A stretch of 24,727 bases of DNA from a virus. Taxonomy: Duplodnaviria > Caudoviricetes. A program made the position numbers and the translations under genes. How positions within the stretch are numbered: position 1 is the first letter of the stretch; each line of letters starts with the position of its first letter. This document shows, piece after piece, positions 14,954 to 24,725 of the stretch. The notes beneath the pieces are model-generated. The model worked only from the letters and a program-made list of their open reading frames with translations. It made no database searches and was not told the DNA's origin. The stretch is from the IMG/VR virus record IMGVR_UViG_3300033412_000060, positions 1 through 24,727 of that record, one strand, 5' to 3'.

Positions 14954-16559
14954 GCAAGCGGCGCAGCATATCTTGAGCCTGCTGATCATTTAGCGGCGCA
15001 TTGGCTCGGTAAGGGATAGTGCGCCGTCCGCGTGCCATCGACGCCATGACGTCGCGCATCCCGCCCTCAGTCGATTTTTCGGCGATCGCGTCCGCTATCT
15101 TCTTGACGACTTGCGACCCCATAAAGCCAGTTGCCGCGCCTGCACCGGCTCCGAGCGGCCCGCCCAGCATTCCGCCAGCTGTAGCGCCCACACTACTGGC
15201 CGCGCCGCGTCCCGCCCATGAGTTCATGAATGCGCCGAGATTGCGCGCAAGGTTGCCTGTAGTCGTGCCGCTGATCACGTCTTCGATGTGGCTACGCTCG
15301 CCGTCATTGAGGAATCGGGATTTCTTGTCGCTCTCCAGCACCGAAGCGAGCCGCCCGCGAATGCGGTCGCCGGGTCCGGCCCCAGCCGACGATGCGTCGG
15401 CGCGTCGTTGGGCATCGGTCAATATCTTCTGCATGTCGTCGACGTTGCCAGCGCGACGGTTCAATTCACGCGCGTTCATAAGAGCGTCGTGAGCTTCTTG
15501 CGGGGTGCCGATCGACGCTGTGATTTTGGACGGGTCCGTGTCGGCCATCGTCCGGTCCATCGTATCGCGAATTGCGCCGCCCCAGTGCTGTTCCGCCCCA
15601 GCATTGCTGCTGTCCATCACATCGCGCACGACGCTTTTGCGTAGCTCGTCGAGGTCATACATCGAAACGGGGGCACCGGCCCTCTGACGTGTTCCGGGGA
15701 GGCGCGGCGTCGCTGTGTCGGCGATCTGCGTAATCTTATCCAGCGCTTTCGGCGCTGTGGCTTGGCGCGCCCCAGCTGGATTTCGCACGATGCCGCCTAT
15801 CATATCGGTCATCATGTCCTGCATCGCTTGCGGGGAATATCGCGCCCCGCTCCGCTCCATTTGTTGATACGCCGCGTCCTTCGCTGCATTCAGTGCCGCC
15901 ACTGACGGCGAGGCGTTGACGCCTGATAGCCAAGTGCTAAACTTGCCGAGCCCTGACTGAACACCCTCGACAGCCGGGCCGAGCAGTGCCCCGAGTTCCG
16001 CCCCGCTCTTCGCCCCTTCAAGCACATTCTGGTCATGGCCCTGCGCCGAAAGAGCGCCATATCCTGCGCCCTCTGCGGCAGTTGTAGCAGCGGACATGCC
16101 GAGGCGACCCAGCAATGGCGTAGCGGCGTTGTAGAAACGCCCGCCGAGCGTCAGTCCTGCTTTCGCTGCGGTTTCGCCCGTCAACACGCCGCCCATCAAC
16201 TCAGCAGGAATGCTAGCGAGGCCCGCTCGCGTCTCGGCGTCGTGGGTGGACTGGCGCTCCTTGACAAGCTCGTCGTCGTATTTGGTGCCGCCGAGCCAGC
16301 TGTTCATCTTGGCTGCTGCTTTGTCAGCGTTACCGAAAGTCGCGCCGTCGGCCAACATGCGCATGACGTCGTCGCCCGCCTGCAATGGCTTCTGATACCA
16401 CGGCAGCTTGTTGTAATTGTCAAGGACTTGCTGATCCGGCGATGGGCCAGCGTTCGCCTGCATCTTCTTGATCTCGTCGGCGAACAGCTGCGCATTTGCG
16501 TCGTCACCGGCATCGTTGGCCTTGACTAGGGCATCTTGCAGTTGCTGAAGTGTAGCCAT
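14913..16559 (-). CDS. putative DNA ejection / internal virion protein
   Basis: 548 aa, Ala/Gly-rich with Gly-zipper hydrophobic stretches (GATAGGMLGGPLGAGAGAATG); last gene of the virion arm. Confidence 0.65.
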   Translation of the reverse strand: MATLQQLQDALVKANDAGDDANAQLFADEIKKMQANAGPSPDQQVLDNYNKLPWYQKPLQAGDDVMRMLADGATFGNADKAAAKMNSWLGGTKYDDELVKERQSTHDAETRAGLASIPAELMGGVLTGETAAKAGLTLGGRFYNAATPLLGRLGMSAATTAAEGAGYGALSAQGHDQNVLEGAKSGAELGALLGPAVEGVQSGLGKFSTWLSGVNASPSVAALNAAKDAAYQQMERSGARYSPQAMQDMMTDMIGGIVRNPAGARQATAPKALDKITQIADTATPRLPGTRQRAGAPVSMYDLDELRKSVVRDVMDSSNAGAEQHWGGAIRDTMDRTMADTDPSKITASIGTPQEAHDALMNARELNRRAGNVDDMQKILTDAQRRADASSAGAGPGDRIRGRLASVLESDKKSRFLNDGERSHIEDVISGTTTGNLARNLGAFMNSWAGRGAASSVGATAGGMLGGPLGAGAGAATGFMGSQVVKKIADAIAEKSTEGGMRDVMASMARGRRTIPYRANAPLNDQQAQDMLRRLLILQAQHQSSQSN

Positions 16560-16562
16560 GTT

Positions 16563-18203
16563 TTATTGTCCTGTGATGCCGTATTTCTCGAACGCCGCCT
16601 TTCGGCGCTGTTCCAATGACTGTGGCGCAATCTGTAGGTCACCGAAAAGGGAGTGGTCGTCCGCAAACTGGCGCAGTTGCTTGTCGAACCCGGCGTCGAG
16701 CGTCGGGTGGACCAGCTTTCCATCTTTGTCGCGCTGCGTGATGTAGTCCGACGCCAGATTGGCGAGGTCCACCTTGCGCTGATCGATGCGGCGAGCGATT
16801 TCGATCATGGTGTGGTTGGCGTCCGGTGTCGCGCCGAGGTTGATGTCGCTGTCCTTGAGGAACTGGATATCTTTGTCGGACAGCGAACCCGGCATGCCGA
16901 GGCCAGCAGCTGGGTTGCGCTTGATCAACGCTAGCTGGTTCTGAACCGATTTAAACACGTCGGTGGCGGTCATCTTCGATACGTCGGCATCGCCGCCCAT
17001 GGCATAATACAGGTGCGCCAAGGTATTCTGAGCATCCGCACCGAAACCAGTCTTCATTCCCGTGTTAAGTGCTTTTTCGGCGATATCATACATTCCACGA
17101 TTGCCCTGCGCCGCTGTTGCGGCATCTTGCAGCGCGGTGTAGTGTTTGGCCTCGTTCTCACCGAGGGTCTTCTGGAATGCCTTGGTGCCAGCATCGGAGT
17201 TGTCGCCAGTATTGACCGTAACACCCTTGCCGCGCTTCTCCACCAAGAATTGGTCGAAAGACAAATGGGGCGGCTGGGCGGTCCCGGTCAAATCGTTCGA
17301 TCGATATTGCTCCTCGTACAGAGCATAGTCCTTCTGGTTTGGCGTCCGAGTGTCACCGTTGATCAACGGCTTAATTTCATTGGTGCGAGTATCCATCACA
17401 AACTGCGCATTACCAGGGCCAGAAATAACCTTCTTATATTTACTCTCATCCGGTCCGAACAGATTTTTGAGGACGTCGCCGGTGTTCATATCGACGACAT
17501 CTTTTTGGCCCCCCGGCCCCTCAACGACAGCATTGTTGGGCTTCTTTTCGCCCCCAATAACTGTCGCCGTACCAGCATTTGGGTCAATGTCGTTGATCTG
17601 CCCGTTGTTGTCCAAATAGGTATGTGGGCGATTCTTGATTTCGAATTGTTGCTTCTCGCGCTCCGACACGAATTCATCGAGCTTGCCAGACTGCAACAAC
17701 ATTTGTGCAGTGGGCAAATCGATGCCATATTTCTGCGCGAGGGCAGGCAGCGATGCCATCTGCGCTGCGTATTGAGCACGTCCGACAGCCGCTTTGTTGA
17801 GTTCCAGCGAAAGGCCGGCCATTTTCGCCGGGTCGGTATAGTTGCTCATGCCGTCGTCTTGGCCAGCGAACATATTCATAACATTTGCGCGATTATCCGG
17901 CTGCGCGAATGCGGCACCGAGCAACCCGATACCCCTGTCGATGCCCTGCGCCCGATCGTTGTACTTGAGCAGGTCGGAATACATCTGTTTCAGATCGTCG
18001 GGCGACGTCAGGGCTTCCGGCTGCGGGGGCGTGCGCTGCTGCGCCTGCTGCACTTCCGGTGTGGTACTAGGATCAGGTTGCGGCTGCGTGCCTGCGTACG
18101 GTGCGCTGGCTACAGGTGCTGTGGCGCTGGCTATGCGGGCCAGTAGCTGCTGGCGCGGGTCCTGAACCCCCATCAAGTTGAGTATCGAAGTACCGATGGA
18201 CAT
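16563..18203 (-). CDS. putative DNA ejection / internal virion protein
   Basis: 546 aa; ...GFGA...GSLSDKDIQFL....L..T..AN C-terminal pattern typical of podovirus injection proteins; position within the module. Confidence 0.65.
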   Translation of the reverse strand: MSIGTSILNLMGVQDPRQQLLARIASATAPVASAPYAGTQPQPDPSTTPEVQQAQQRTPPQPEALTSPDDLKQMYSDLLKYNDRAQGIDRGIGLLGAAFAQPDNRANVMNMFAGQDDGMSNYTDPAKMAGLSLELNKAAVGRAQYAAQMASLPALAQKYGIDLPTAQMLLQSGKLDEFVSEREKQQFEIKNRPHTYLDNNGQINDIDPNAGTATVIGGEKKPNNAVVEGPGGQKDVVDMNTGDVLKNLFGPDESKYKKVISGPGNAQFVMDTRTNEIKPLINGDTRTPNQKDYALYEEQYRSNDLTGTAQPPHLSFDQFLVEKRGKGVTVNTGDNSDAGTKAFQKTLGENEAKHYTALQDAATAAQGNRGMYDIAEKALNTGMKTGFGADAQNTLAHLYYAMGGDADVSKMTATDVFKSVQNQLALIKRNPAAGLGMPGSLSDKDIQFLKDSDINLGATPDANHTMIEIARRIDQRKVDLANLASDYITQRDKDGKLVHPTLDAGFDKQLRQFADDHSLFGDLQIAPQSLEQRRKAAFEKYGITGQ

Positions 18204-18204
18204 A

Positions 18205-19092
18205 TCACACCATCCCCGTGTTGTTCAGTGTCATGCCGCCCATGAATGGCGATTGCATCAGCGGCGACACTGAAGGAGGCATGGCCTTCTTGCGATTAGC
18301 CAGCAATGTTGCCATCAGCTGCGACGCCCCCTGCATTCGAGCGGCCTGATCCGCCTCGACCTGCTGAATACCGTTGGTGGGCAGAATGCCGCTAGTTTGC
18401 GACTGTTTTCCAGTGAATGCCCCAGCTAATCCAGCCAAGTTGCTTAGGGGACCAGCTTTAGTGGTCGACGTAGCGGGAGCGCTTAGTTCTTTCAACTTAG
18501 CAGCTAGACTATCACCGAAAATCGCCCCTCCAAGCCGGTCCCCCAACGTCGGGTTGGCTGTAGACGTGGGCGTCGCCGCAGCCTTCTCGACGTCTATGGG
18601 CGGCGGCAGTTTCGGTGCGACGCCATCGGTCGGCGTCTGGGCCGTGTCATCCGCGACTGCCTGCCGCAGTTTCTCAGCGCCCGGAACAGCGGCGCTAGTC
18701 AATGTCAAACCGGGGTCAACGGCGGCATTGCGGTCAATGCCTTCCCACTGCCCGATATTGTGGTCCCGAGCCCCGTACCAGTTCGACCACCCCTGATCGT
18801 GGGCGATCTGCGCCGCGTATTTGATGGTTGCTTCGGCATTCTTCGGGTCAGACGGGTCGAGTCCGGTCTTGTCCATGAAATCGTTGCCGAGGCCGCGCGG
18901 GAACCCGGTGCCCGGTCCGCCGACCAGAAATTGGAAAGGGCCGTAGGATGGTTCCAACACACCGTTCTTTTTCACCTTCGACTGCCAGACACCTGGCTGA
19001 TTGCCCTCGTAATTGGCGACGCGAACGGCTGTGTTGGGATCGACACCAGCCATTCCAAAATACTTGCGGATGAGATCGTCGTATTGACCCAT
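18205..19092 (-). CDS. virion-associated protein with N-terminal lysozyme-like / lytic transglycosylase domain
   Basis: Helix ending in Glu (VANYEG), SYGPFQF motif and GWSNWYG, followed by a low-complexity Ala/Thr/Pro tail. Confidence 0.7.
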   Translation of the reverse strand: MGQYDDLIRKYFGMAGVDPNTAVRVANYEGNQPGVWQSKVKKNGVLEPSYGPFQFLVGGPGTGFPRGLGNDFMDKTGLDPSDPKNAEATIKYAAQIAHDQGWSNWYGARDHNIGQWEGIDRNAAVDPGLTLTSAAVPGAEKLRQAVADDTAQTPTDGVAPKLPPPIDVEKAAATPTSTANPTLGDRLGGAIFGDSLAAKLKELSAPATSTTKAGPLSNLAGLAGAFTGKQSQTSGILPTNGIQQVEADQAARMQGASQLMATLLANRKKAMPPSVSPLMQSPFMGGMTLNNTGMV

Positions 19093-19102
19093 TTCGGTAT
19101 CC

Positions 19103-20047
19103 TCACAAGCTCAACAGCAATGACATGATACCGAGACCCCCGGTCATCCAATCCGCGCCGCTCGAAGCGGGTGTTTCAGTCTTATCGGTATTTTCGGTCT
19201 TGCCGTATGGCGACATACCGAGCGACGACAGCCGTAGATTGAGATTCTGCAGAGCGTAATCACGTGGCTCGTTGAATTTCTGGATTTTCGAGTTGATGAG
19301 GTCCTGGGAATGCTGTGTCTTAAGCATCCCAGATTGCATCATCTGCTGGTAGTTCTGAAGCGCCGCTGCTTGCTGTGCTCCTGCGATGCCCATCTGGCCC
19401 TGCGCGTCCTGCCCCATTGCACCGAGGCGAGCCATTGCCGCCTGCATATTAGCGTCGCGGTTGCCCACTTGAGAGCTATACTTGCCCTGAATATCCTGCT
19501 CCGCTGCCTGTTGGGCTTGCATGAAATTCTGCGAGCGCAGCTGTGATGCCATCAGACCCTGATCTTTGATGCTCTGAGCATTCGTCACCGCATCGGTGAT
19601 GCCTTGACGCGACCCGCCGAAAGCACCGGCTGAAACCGCCTGATCGGAGTTCTGCATCAGCGCCTCGCGGCGACTTTGGTCCATATCCGCCATCGACCGA
19701 TTAATGACCTGATCGGTGTACGGGTTCATGTAGGGCTTCAGATTGGTGTCCGACAATTGGCCCATCTGAATCTTGCGTGGGTCGAGGTTGAAGTCACCAA
19801 TCTTGTCGAATATGCTCGAAGCGCCGCCGTAGGCATTCTTAGCCTGCGCCATGCTGTCTTGCAGATAGTTCTGAGCCTTCTGCATCATCGGGCTAAGATC
19901 GGCGACACGCTGACCTTGATACTGGTTGAATTTGTCGGTGCCGAGTTCTGAGGCCAGTTGATAGTTCGACTTAGCCGCCATGTTGACCCAATGAGGCAGC
20001 TTAGTCTGGGTAGTCTGGGTGATGTGGTCTGGCTGGCTGCTGGCCAT
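19103..20047 (-). CDS. putative DNA transfer (pilot/ejection) protein
   Basis: 314 aa, Gln/Ala-rich, with YQGQRVA, YMNPY..QVI and GAFGGSR motifs and a hydrophobic C-terminus. Confidence 0.7.
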   Translation of the reverse strand: MASSQPDHITQTTQTKLPHWVNMAAKSNYQLASELGTDKFNQYQGQRVADLSPMMQKAQNYLQDSMAQAKNAYGGASSIFDKIGDFNLDPRKIQMGQLSDTNLKPYMNPYTDQVINRSMADMDQSRREALMQNSDQAVSAGAFGGSRQGITDAVTNAQSIKDQGLMASQLRSQNFMQAQQAAEQDIQGKYSSQVGNRDANMQAAMARLGAMGQDAQGQMGIAGAQQAAALQNYQQMMQSGMLKTQHSQDLINSKIQKFNEPRDYALQNLNLRLSSLGMSPYGKTENTDKTETPASSGADWMTGGLGIMSLLLSL

Positions 20048-20051
20048 TTGG

Positions 20052-20399
20052 TTATTCCTTCATGTAGTTGACGGACACCGCTTTCCAGCTGCCGTGCATC
20101 AAGCTAGACCATCCGTGACGACCCGAAGCGAATATAGCGGAGGCTCCAGCCGCTTCTTTGAATATTTCCACTGCCTCTTCAAGGCGGCGCATATCGCTGA
20201 TGACACCCCACACCAACACCACGTCGATGACAGTTCTCCGAGGGAATTTGCAGATACGAACCACAGCGAAAGACTCGCCCACGGCAAACATCTTCATTTC
20301 CTGACGCTCGATGGCGTCGAGCACGTCATTCCACGTCCAGAAGCCGCCTTGGCGTCTGAGTTTTTCGTTGATCTTTTCGACGTCGCCGGGCTTCATCAT
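20052..20399 (-). CDS. virion assembly protein, GNAT-like fold suspected
   Basis: 115 aa with G...I..SGR.GW motif; position equivalent to the gene before ejection proteins in P22/T7-like layouts. Confidence 0.6.
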   Translation of the reverse strand: MMKPGDVEKINEKLRRQGGFWTWNDVLDAIERQEMKMFAVGESFAVVRICKFPRRTVIDVVLVWGVISDMRRLEEAVEIFKEAAGASAIFASGRHGWSSLMHGSWKAVSVNYMKE

Positions 20400-20611
20400 C
20401 CGCTCAATTGTGTTGTGGTCAGCGCCCCTGTGTCGTCCACCCCCACAGCATACACCGAACCGTTCGGCGACACAAGTAGTATGGAATCCACTGGCTGTTC
20501 CTTAGTGATTGTCGACCGGCTGTGGTCGCTCACCGCCTTGGTAAGATTCTGGAGATACAGCCGGGTGTCATTGTCGATATTCTGGGGGACTTTAGGTAAT
20601 ACCAGTGTCAT
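20396..20611 (-). CDS. small structural/hypothetical protein (L.SPNG..Y...VDDTG.L motif)
   Basis: 71 aa; ATGA overlaps at both ends. Confidence 0.7.
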   Translation of the reverse strand: MTLVLPKVPQNIDNDTRLYLQNLTKAVSDHSRSTITKEQPVDSILLVSPNGSVYAVGVDDTGALTTTQLSG

Positions 20612-22140
20612 TGCACGCCCCTCGGAATTAACAGGATTTCGCTGTTACCCATCGACCAAGGATCGCTACCGTTCACTACCTGTTTCACAGTGAACCGAAA
20701 ATCGCGACCGGTCAGATAGAAATAGGCATAGCCTTGCGTGTCGATGGGCTGATCGTCACCCTGAAAGTGTATGTCGCCGTTAAGCCCTGCGCGGTGCATG
20801 TTGTAGTCTGCAGCGATGTTAATATTGGTTCTCGGGCCATCGATATCCGGCAGCATACGAGCGAAGGTGGACAGGATCGAGCCGTCGTTCGAGTTGAATG
20901 GGAATGAAGCTGCCCACGGCAGGCTCACCGACTCATCGTAGTAGGTGCCGTTCTCGTGCTGGAACACATTAGCCCCGTCGGTCATCAATGGCGCACCCGT
21001 ATATGTCCCCTTGATGCCACCCAGACGCGAGATATAAGCGCGGGTCCACCAGCGCTCCTTGTAGTTATAGATGAGCACCCGATCGTTTACGCCGAACGAT
21101 GTGCCAGTAGATGAATAGAACCACCAAATCTCGGAAAAGCTAGGGTTCAGCATCATCGAAGCGAAATAACTGGACAGGCTGATGTTCAACTCTACCTTCA
21201 TCATGTCCCACAGATCGCAAGCGACAGGCAACGCTTGACGGGACTGATATGTCCAGAAACCGCCTTCAGCCACCCACACCGCACCTTGCGGCGTGTCGAT
21301 GATGGACATGGGAGAGATGGGCGCAACACCCTCTGAGAACCGGTCCCCACCGAAAATATAGGGCACCCCCAGATATTCGAGGTAGTAGGCGTGGCCTAGT
21401 TCGGTGAAGAATATGATGTCGTTACCCGACAGATGTGCAGCGATGACCGGCGACGCGGGCTGAACACTGTTGAAGCCTGCTTTCGATGTTAGGCTGGCAA
21501 AGTTCCAGTCGGTGATATTCTCCTGGTCGCACCAAGCATAGCCGTTCATGTTGTTGCTGTACCCGAACACCATGACATACCGCTGCGGCGTCACCACGAA
21601 GCAACGGTTGCCAAGGGGGGCATTGGCAACGGCGTCGATCTTGGTGCCGGGAATACTGGATGGGTCCCACATCAACAAGCGGCCATCTGCGCCGGTCATT
21701 ACTAACAGGTTCTGGCCCCAATTGTCTGCGTAATAGCCATAGGTAACCTTTCGCAGTTCCGAACGATCCGGACGGGGGGTGCCGTAGGTGCCGTAGGAAT
21801 ACGTGAAATCACCGTAGCCGCCCGCGACAGTGGTGGCCGGCTGTACGAGCGGCGTCGTGGGGGAAATGTCAGTCAGCGACCCATCACCCTGATCAACGTA
21901 TACATGTCCTTCGCACAGATACGCAATCATGGTCTGGCCAGAATTGACGGTCCACCGATGAATAGCGCGTAGAGGCGACGCAAATGCTGAATAGGGTAGC
22001 TTTCCCCAACCCCCGATCGGCACCATGCGACCATTCAACCAGCGCACAAGGTGGCCATCGCGCCAATTCAGAGATTTGCTCTGTTTAGTTGGCGTCGCCA
22101 CGATGCCTGGCGGCATGGAAATGGGGATTGGGTTGAGCAT
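20608..22140 (-). CDS. head-closure / tail tubular (nozzle) protein, P22 gp10-like
   Basis: 510 aa, beta-rich, with PPG..., GGW, WCDQE...W, EIWWFY.S and YNY.E..W motifs; position after the tail fibre genes. Confidence 0.65.
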   Translation of the reverse strand: MLNPIPISMPPGIVATPTKQSKSLNWRDGHLVRWLNGRMVPIGGWGKLPYSAFASPLRAIHRWTVNSGQTMIAYLCEGHVYVDQGDGSLTDISPTTPLVQPATTVAGGYGDFTYSYGTYGTPRPDRSELRKVTYGYYADNWGQNLLVMTGADGRLLMWDPSSIPGTKIDAVANAPLGNRCFVVTPQRYVMVFGYSNNMNGYAWCDQENITDWNFASLTSKAGFNSVQPASPVIAAHLSGNDIIFFTELGHAYYLEYLGVPYIFGGDRFSEGVAPISPMSIIDTPQGAVWVAEGGFWTYQSRQALPVACDLWDMMKVELNISLSSYFASMMLNPSFSEIWWFYSSTGTSFGVNDRVLIYNYKERWWTRAYISRLGGIKGTYTGAPLMTDGANVFQHENGTYYDESVSLPWAASFPFNSNDGSILSTFARMLPDIDGPRTNINIAADYNMHRAGLNGDIHFQGDDQPIDTQGYAYFYLTGRDFRFTVKQVVNGSDPWSMGNSEILLIPRGVQ

Positions 22141-22331
22141 TACTTGTTGGCCTTAATCCATTCACGGATAATCGGATTAGCACCGAAAATATCACCCGAC
22201 CGCGACATGTACGAATCGCTGTCGATGACTTCCCCCTGCGGGCTCACCACCGTGATATCGAGCCGGTACGAATCGACTTCGCCGTCGACCGGTTCGCAGG
22301 AACGTACTTCTTGGATTGTCCAGCTGTCCAT
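22140..22331 (-). CDS. small hypothetical protein, possible tail fibre chaperone
   Basis: 63 aa; TAATG coupling at both ends; directly follows the fibre gene. Confidence 0.6.
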   Translation of the reverse strand: MDSWTIQEVRSCEPVDGEVDSYRLDITVVSPQGEVIDSDSYMSRSGDIFGANPIIREWIKANK

Positions 22332-23302
22332 TATGCAATCCTCTGAACGCTATAGCCGCCACCACCGGCCTGCTTACCGCGCGACGCCCATGTGCCGCTG
22401 AGGGCGGAACCAGCCGTCGGATGGCCGCCGTTTACGAATTGAGTAGTGTCGGTGGATAACGCAGGGTTGGCGTTGGCGTTCCGGTTGGGGTCCACATTAG
22501 ATATCATCGATATCATGGTGCCAAGCGGAAAGTTGGTGTTGTTCTGCGTCGACCCGGTGTACACCACCGCATAGGTTGCGTCGAGGCCATGGGTGTGCGA
22601 CGTACCGGTGACGTTATTTGTGGTGCTGTTACCGATATTGCTGGGGGTCCCCAAGACGAGGGCGCGGTCCGCCGAAAGATCGCCCCCACCTGTTAGACCC
22701 CCACCGGCAGTGATTTGCCGGTTGGACTGAACCAAGGAAGCCCAACCAACAAGGCTGGCCACCGACACCTTACCGGAACCACCCGTAGTATCATAGCCCA
22801 TCAGACGCGAATTGCCGGGCGTACCCACGTCCAACGTCAGATTAATCATGTCCTGGAAATCAACGCTAAGCGTACGATTCGCCGAAAGATCGCCCCCGCC
22901 GCTTAAGCCCAGACCACTGAAAATGGTGCGGCCCACAGGAGTGAATTCCGAAGTATCGTGGGTGGCGATTGAGCCCAGATTTAGATTGGTGCGGGCCACG
23001 CTTGGAGTGGAAGCTCCTGTTCCGCCCTGACTTACCGGCCACACCCCGAAAGAAGATGTCATGCCCGACGCCAGCTGCGCCAATGTAGACTTTCGGATAG
23101 CAAATGAAGAGGCGCTGTCGAGAATACCTACGACATCAGCAGCAACGGGCGAAGTTTTAGCTGGTGCCGTCGAGGTGTCCATCGATTTGATCTTGGCGTC
23201 GATCAAATCCAGGTCAGAATTCAGCTTTGTGCCCCAAGTGCTGGGGGAAGCGTTCACTTCTGGCTTGACCCAGTTGTAGTTTGCGGTAACGGTGTCAGCC
23301 AT
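22331..23302 (-). CDS. tail fibre protein
   Basis: N-terminal MADT.T.NY..VKPEV.AS..TWG.KLN.D.D.ID anchor; GGTGA...ARTNL.LG; two GL.GGGDLSA.R repeats; HTH motif. Confidence 0.8.
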   Translation of the reverse strand: MADTVTANYNWVKPEVNASPSTWGTKLNSDLDLIDAKIKSMDTSTAPAKTSPVAADVVGILDSASSFAIRKSTLAQLASGMTSSFGVWPVSQGGTGASTPSVARTNLNLGSIATHDTSEFTPVGRTIFSGLGLSGGGDLSANRTLSVDFQDMINLTLDVGTPGNSRLMGYDTTGGSGKVSVASLVGWASLVQSNRQITAGGGLTGGGDLSADRALVLGTPSNIGNSTTNNVTGTSHTHGLDATYAVVYTGSTQNNTNFPLGTMISMISNVDPNRNANANPALSTDTTQFVNGGHPTAGSALSGTWASRGKQAGGGGYSVQRIA

Positions 23303-23540
23303 GTTTCAGCCCCTTGTGGCGCGATATTTCGGCGGGTGTCCAAAGGCCACCCTTTGTCACTGGACGCCAGAAAGGCCCTGTTGATAGGCCCGATACGTTC
23401 ATGTCAATATCGACGGTGCGAGCGGCGGCAATGCGAGACAGCAATGGAGTGCCGGTAACCCGGCTCATCAGCACAGCTTCATCGGCTCGACGCTTTAACG
23501 GAGCGTTGGCTGGGGCGAATGCTATGTTTATTACAGCCAT
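23295..23540 (-). CDS. hypothetical structural-module protein
   Basis: 81-aa ORF filling the gap between two - strand genes; ATG directly after the upstream TAA. Confidence 0.5.
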   Translation of the reverse strand: MAVINIAFAPANAPLKRRADEAVLMSRVTGTPLLSRIAAARTVDIDMNVSGLSTGPFWRPVTKGGLWTPAEISRHKGLKHG

Positions 23541-23903
23541 TTAATCCGCCAAGAAGAAAAGAGCGTCGACCGGGAATTTCACAATGTCCCCTATGCCGAT
23601 CGCAACGGGTGCAACTAGTGGTTGATATGCCATCATAACACCGCCATCGGTGTTGTTCCAGACAGCGGCGTAAGTGATGGTGCCCCAACTAGCTGTTGCT
23701 GTTGGGAATGTAACTTCAGCGGAATTGGACAGAACGGTGGGGTTTTGCCCGTTAGAATGCACTACAAATGGCTGGCGAGCATACGTATCCACTGCCACTT
23801 CGTTCGATCCTACTGTCGGATCGCCCGTATGCAGCGACACATATGGGGCCGAATTGTACAGGGCATTGAGAACTACCGATTCACCGGAAGGAGTTAATGG
23901 CAT
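23541..23903 (-). CDS. conserved phage virion protein (tail fibre / decoration-associated beta domain)
   Basis: YVSLHT.DP...EV....YARQ...N...TFP.AT..WGTIT...GG...GD motif set; GAGG SD fits ATG 23903. Confidence 0.75.
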   Translation of the reverse strand: MPLTPSGESVVLNALYNSAPYVSLHTGDPTVGSNEVAVDTYARQPFVVHSNGQNPTVLSNSAEVTFPTATASWGTITYAAVWNNTDGGVMMAYQPLVAPVAIGIGDIVKFPVDALFFLAD

Positions 23904-24501
23904 TGCCAAGCCTCTTCGGTACTCGCTTCGTCAACACCGAAGTGGTGATTTGGCTGTTGATAGAATTCATGTTGGCGTCGGCGACCCACCCGGCAACCAC
24001 ATTGGCCACCGCTGTCGCTCGTTCAAATTCTTGGCTGAATTGAAACAGCGCCGAAAGGCAGGCCTGAAGGAAAATGTTGTAGTAGTATTGGTGCAACCAC
24101 GTAGAGTCATCAGTGAATTTCGGGATACGCCGGTAATAATTCATCTCGATGGTGAGCGTGTCAACATCGCTCAACGTGCCCCCGATCAGTATCTGATCAC
24201 CGATCAAAGTGTAGTGTTGCCAGGTGTTGTCCATCTGGAAAAAATCATCCTTGACCACGAAATGGTAGGGGGTACCATTGACGGGTCGCACATAATCAAC
24301 GCGGTTGAAATCGGGCGGCAGCGATACGCGCCCATTCGACCCGATGGTTGCATTGACGATCTGCATCGCCTCGCGGACCATCATTTGGGTGTCCAGAGTA
24401 GTTTCGGCCATCCGAACAAACGTCGTTACCGTCGGGTCATCCAAATCCGGACGAAGGCCCCAAGTGCGGATGTCGCTCAAGAATGTCGTGAAATCGCTCA
24501 T
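23881..24501 (-). CDS. head-tail adaptor protein (P22 gp4 / tail tubular A-like)
   Basis: R.DL....TFV.MAE...LP.DF...YY..IP......WL motifs; ATG 24501 overlaps the upstream TGA. Confidence 0.7.
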   Translation of the reverse strand: MSDFTTFLSDIRTWGLRPDLDDPTVTTFVRMAETTLDTQMMVREAMQIVNATIGSNGRVSLPPDFNRVDYVRPVNGTPYHFVVKDDFFQMDNTWQHYTLIGDQILIGGTLSDVDTLTIEMNYYRRIPKFTDDSTWLHQYYYNIFLQACLSALFQFSQEFERATAVANVVAGWVADANMNSINSQITTSVLTKRVPKRLGNAINSFR

Positions 24502-24725
24502 ACCCGGCCCCGCCAAACTCTGAACGCCTGATTGTCAGGATCGTTCAACCACTTGGTCCAATCCGATTCGTCCCAATCTTCCAGTATCGATTTCTCGTAT
24601 ACTGTCATTGGAACTCTCGCCACCAACTTGTTGGTGGATTTCGAACCAGCGAGGACTTCTTCGAGACGACGATTATTGTCCACGAGTTCAGTCATGTCGG
24701 CTTCGGTGTATACTCTGATAATCCC
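24498..24725 (-). CDS. conserved phage protein, 5'-truncated (VARVP...KWLNDPDN..FR)
   Basis: Frame stays open to the window edge (GIIRVYTEADMTELV...); motif typical of the small gene between capsid and adaptor genes. Confidence 0.7.
   Translation of the reverse strand, partial: GIIRVYTEADMTELVDNNRRLEEVLAGSKSTNKLVARVPMTVYEKSILEDWDESDWTKWLNDPDNQAFRVWRGRV

Noticed and set aside
17013-18146. 377-aa + strand ORF
   Set aside because: Antisense shadow of the 546-aa ejection gene; no SD and no recognisable motifs.
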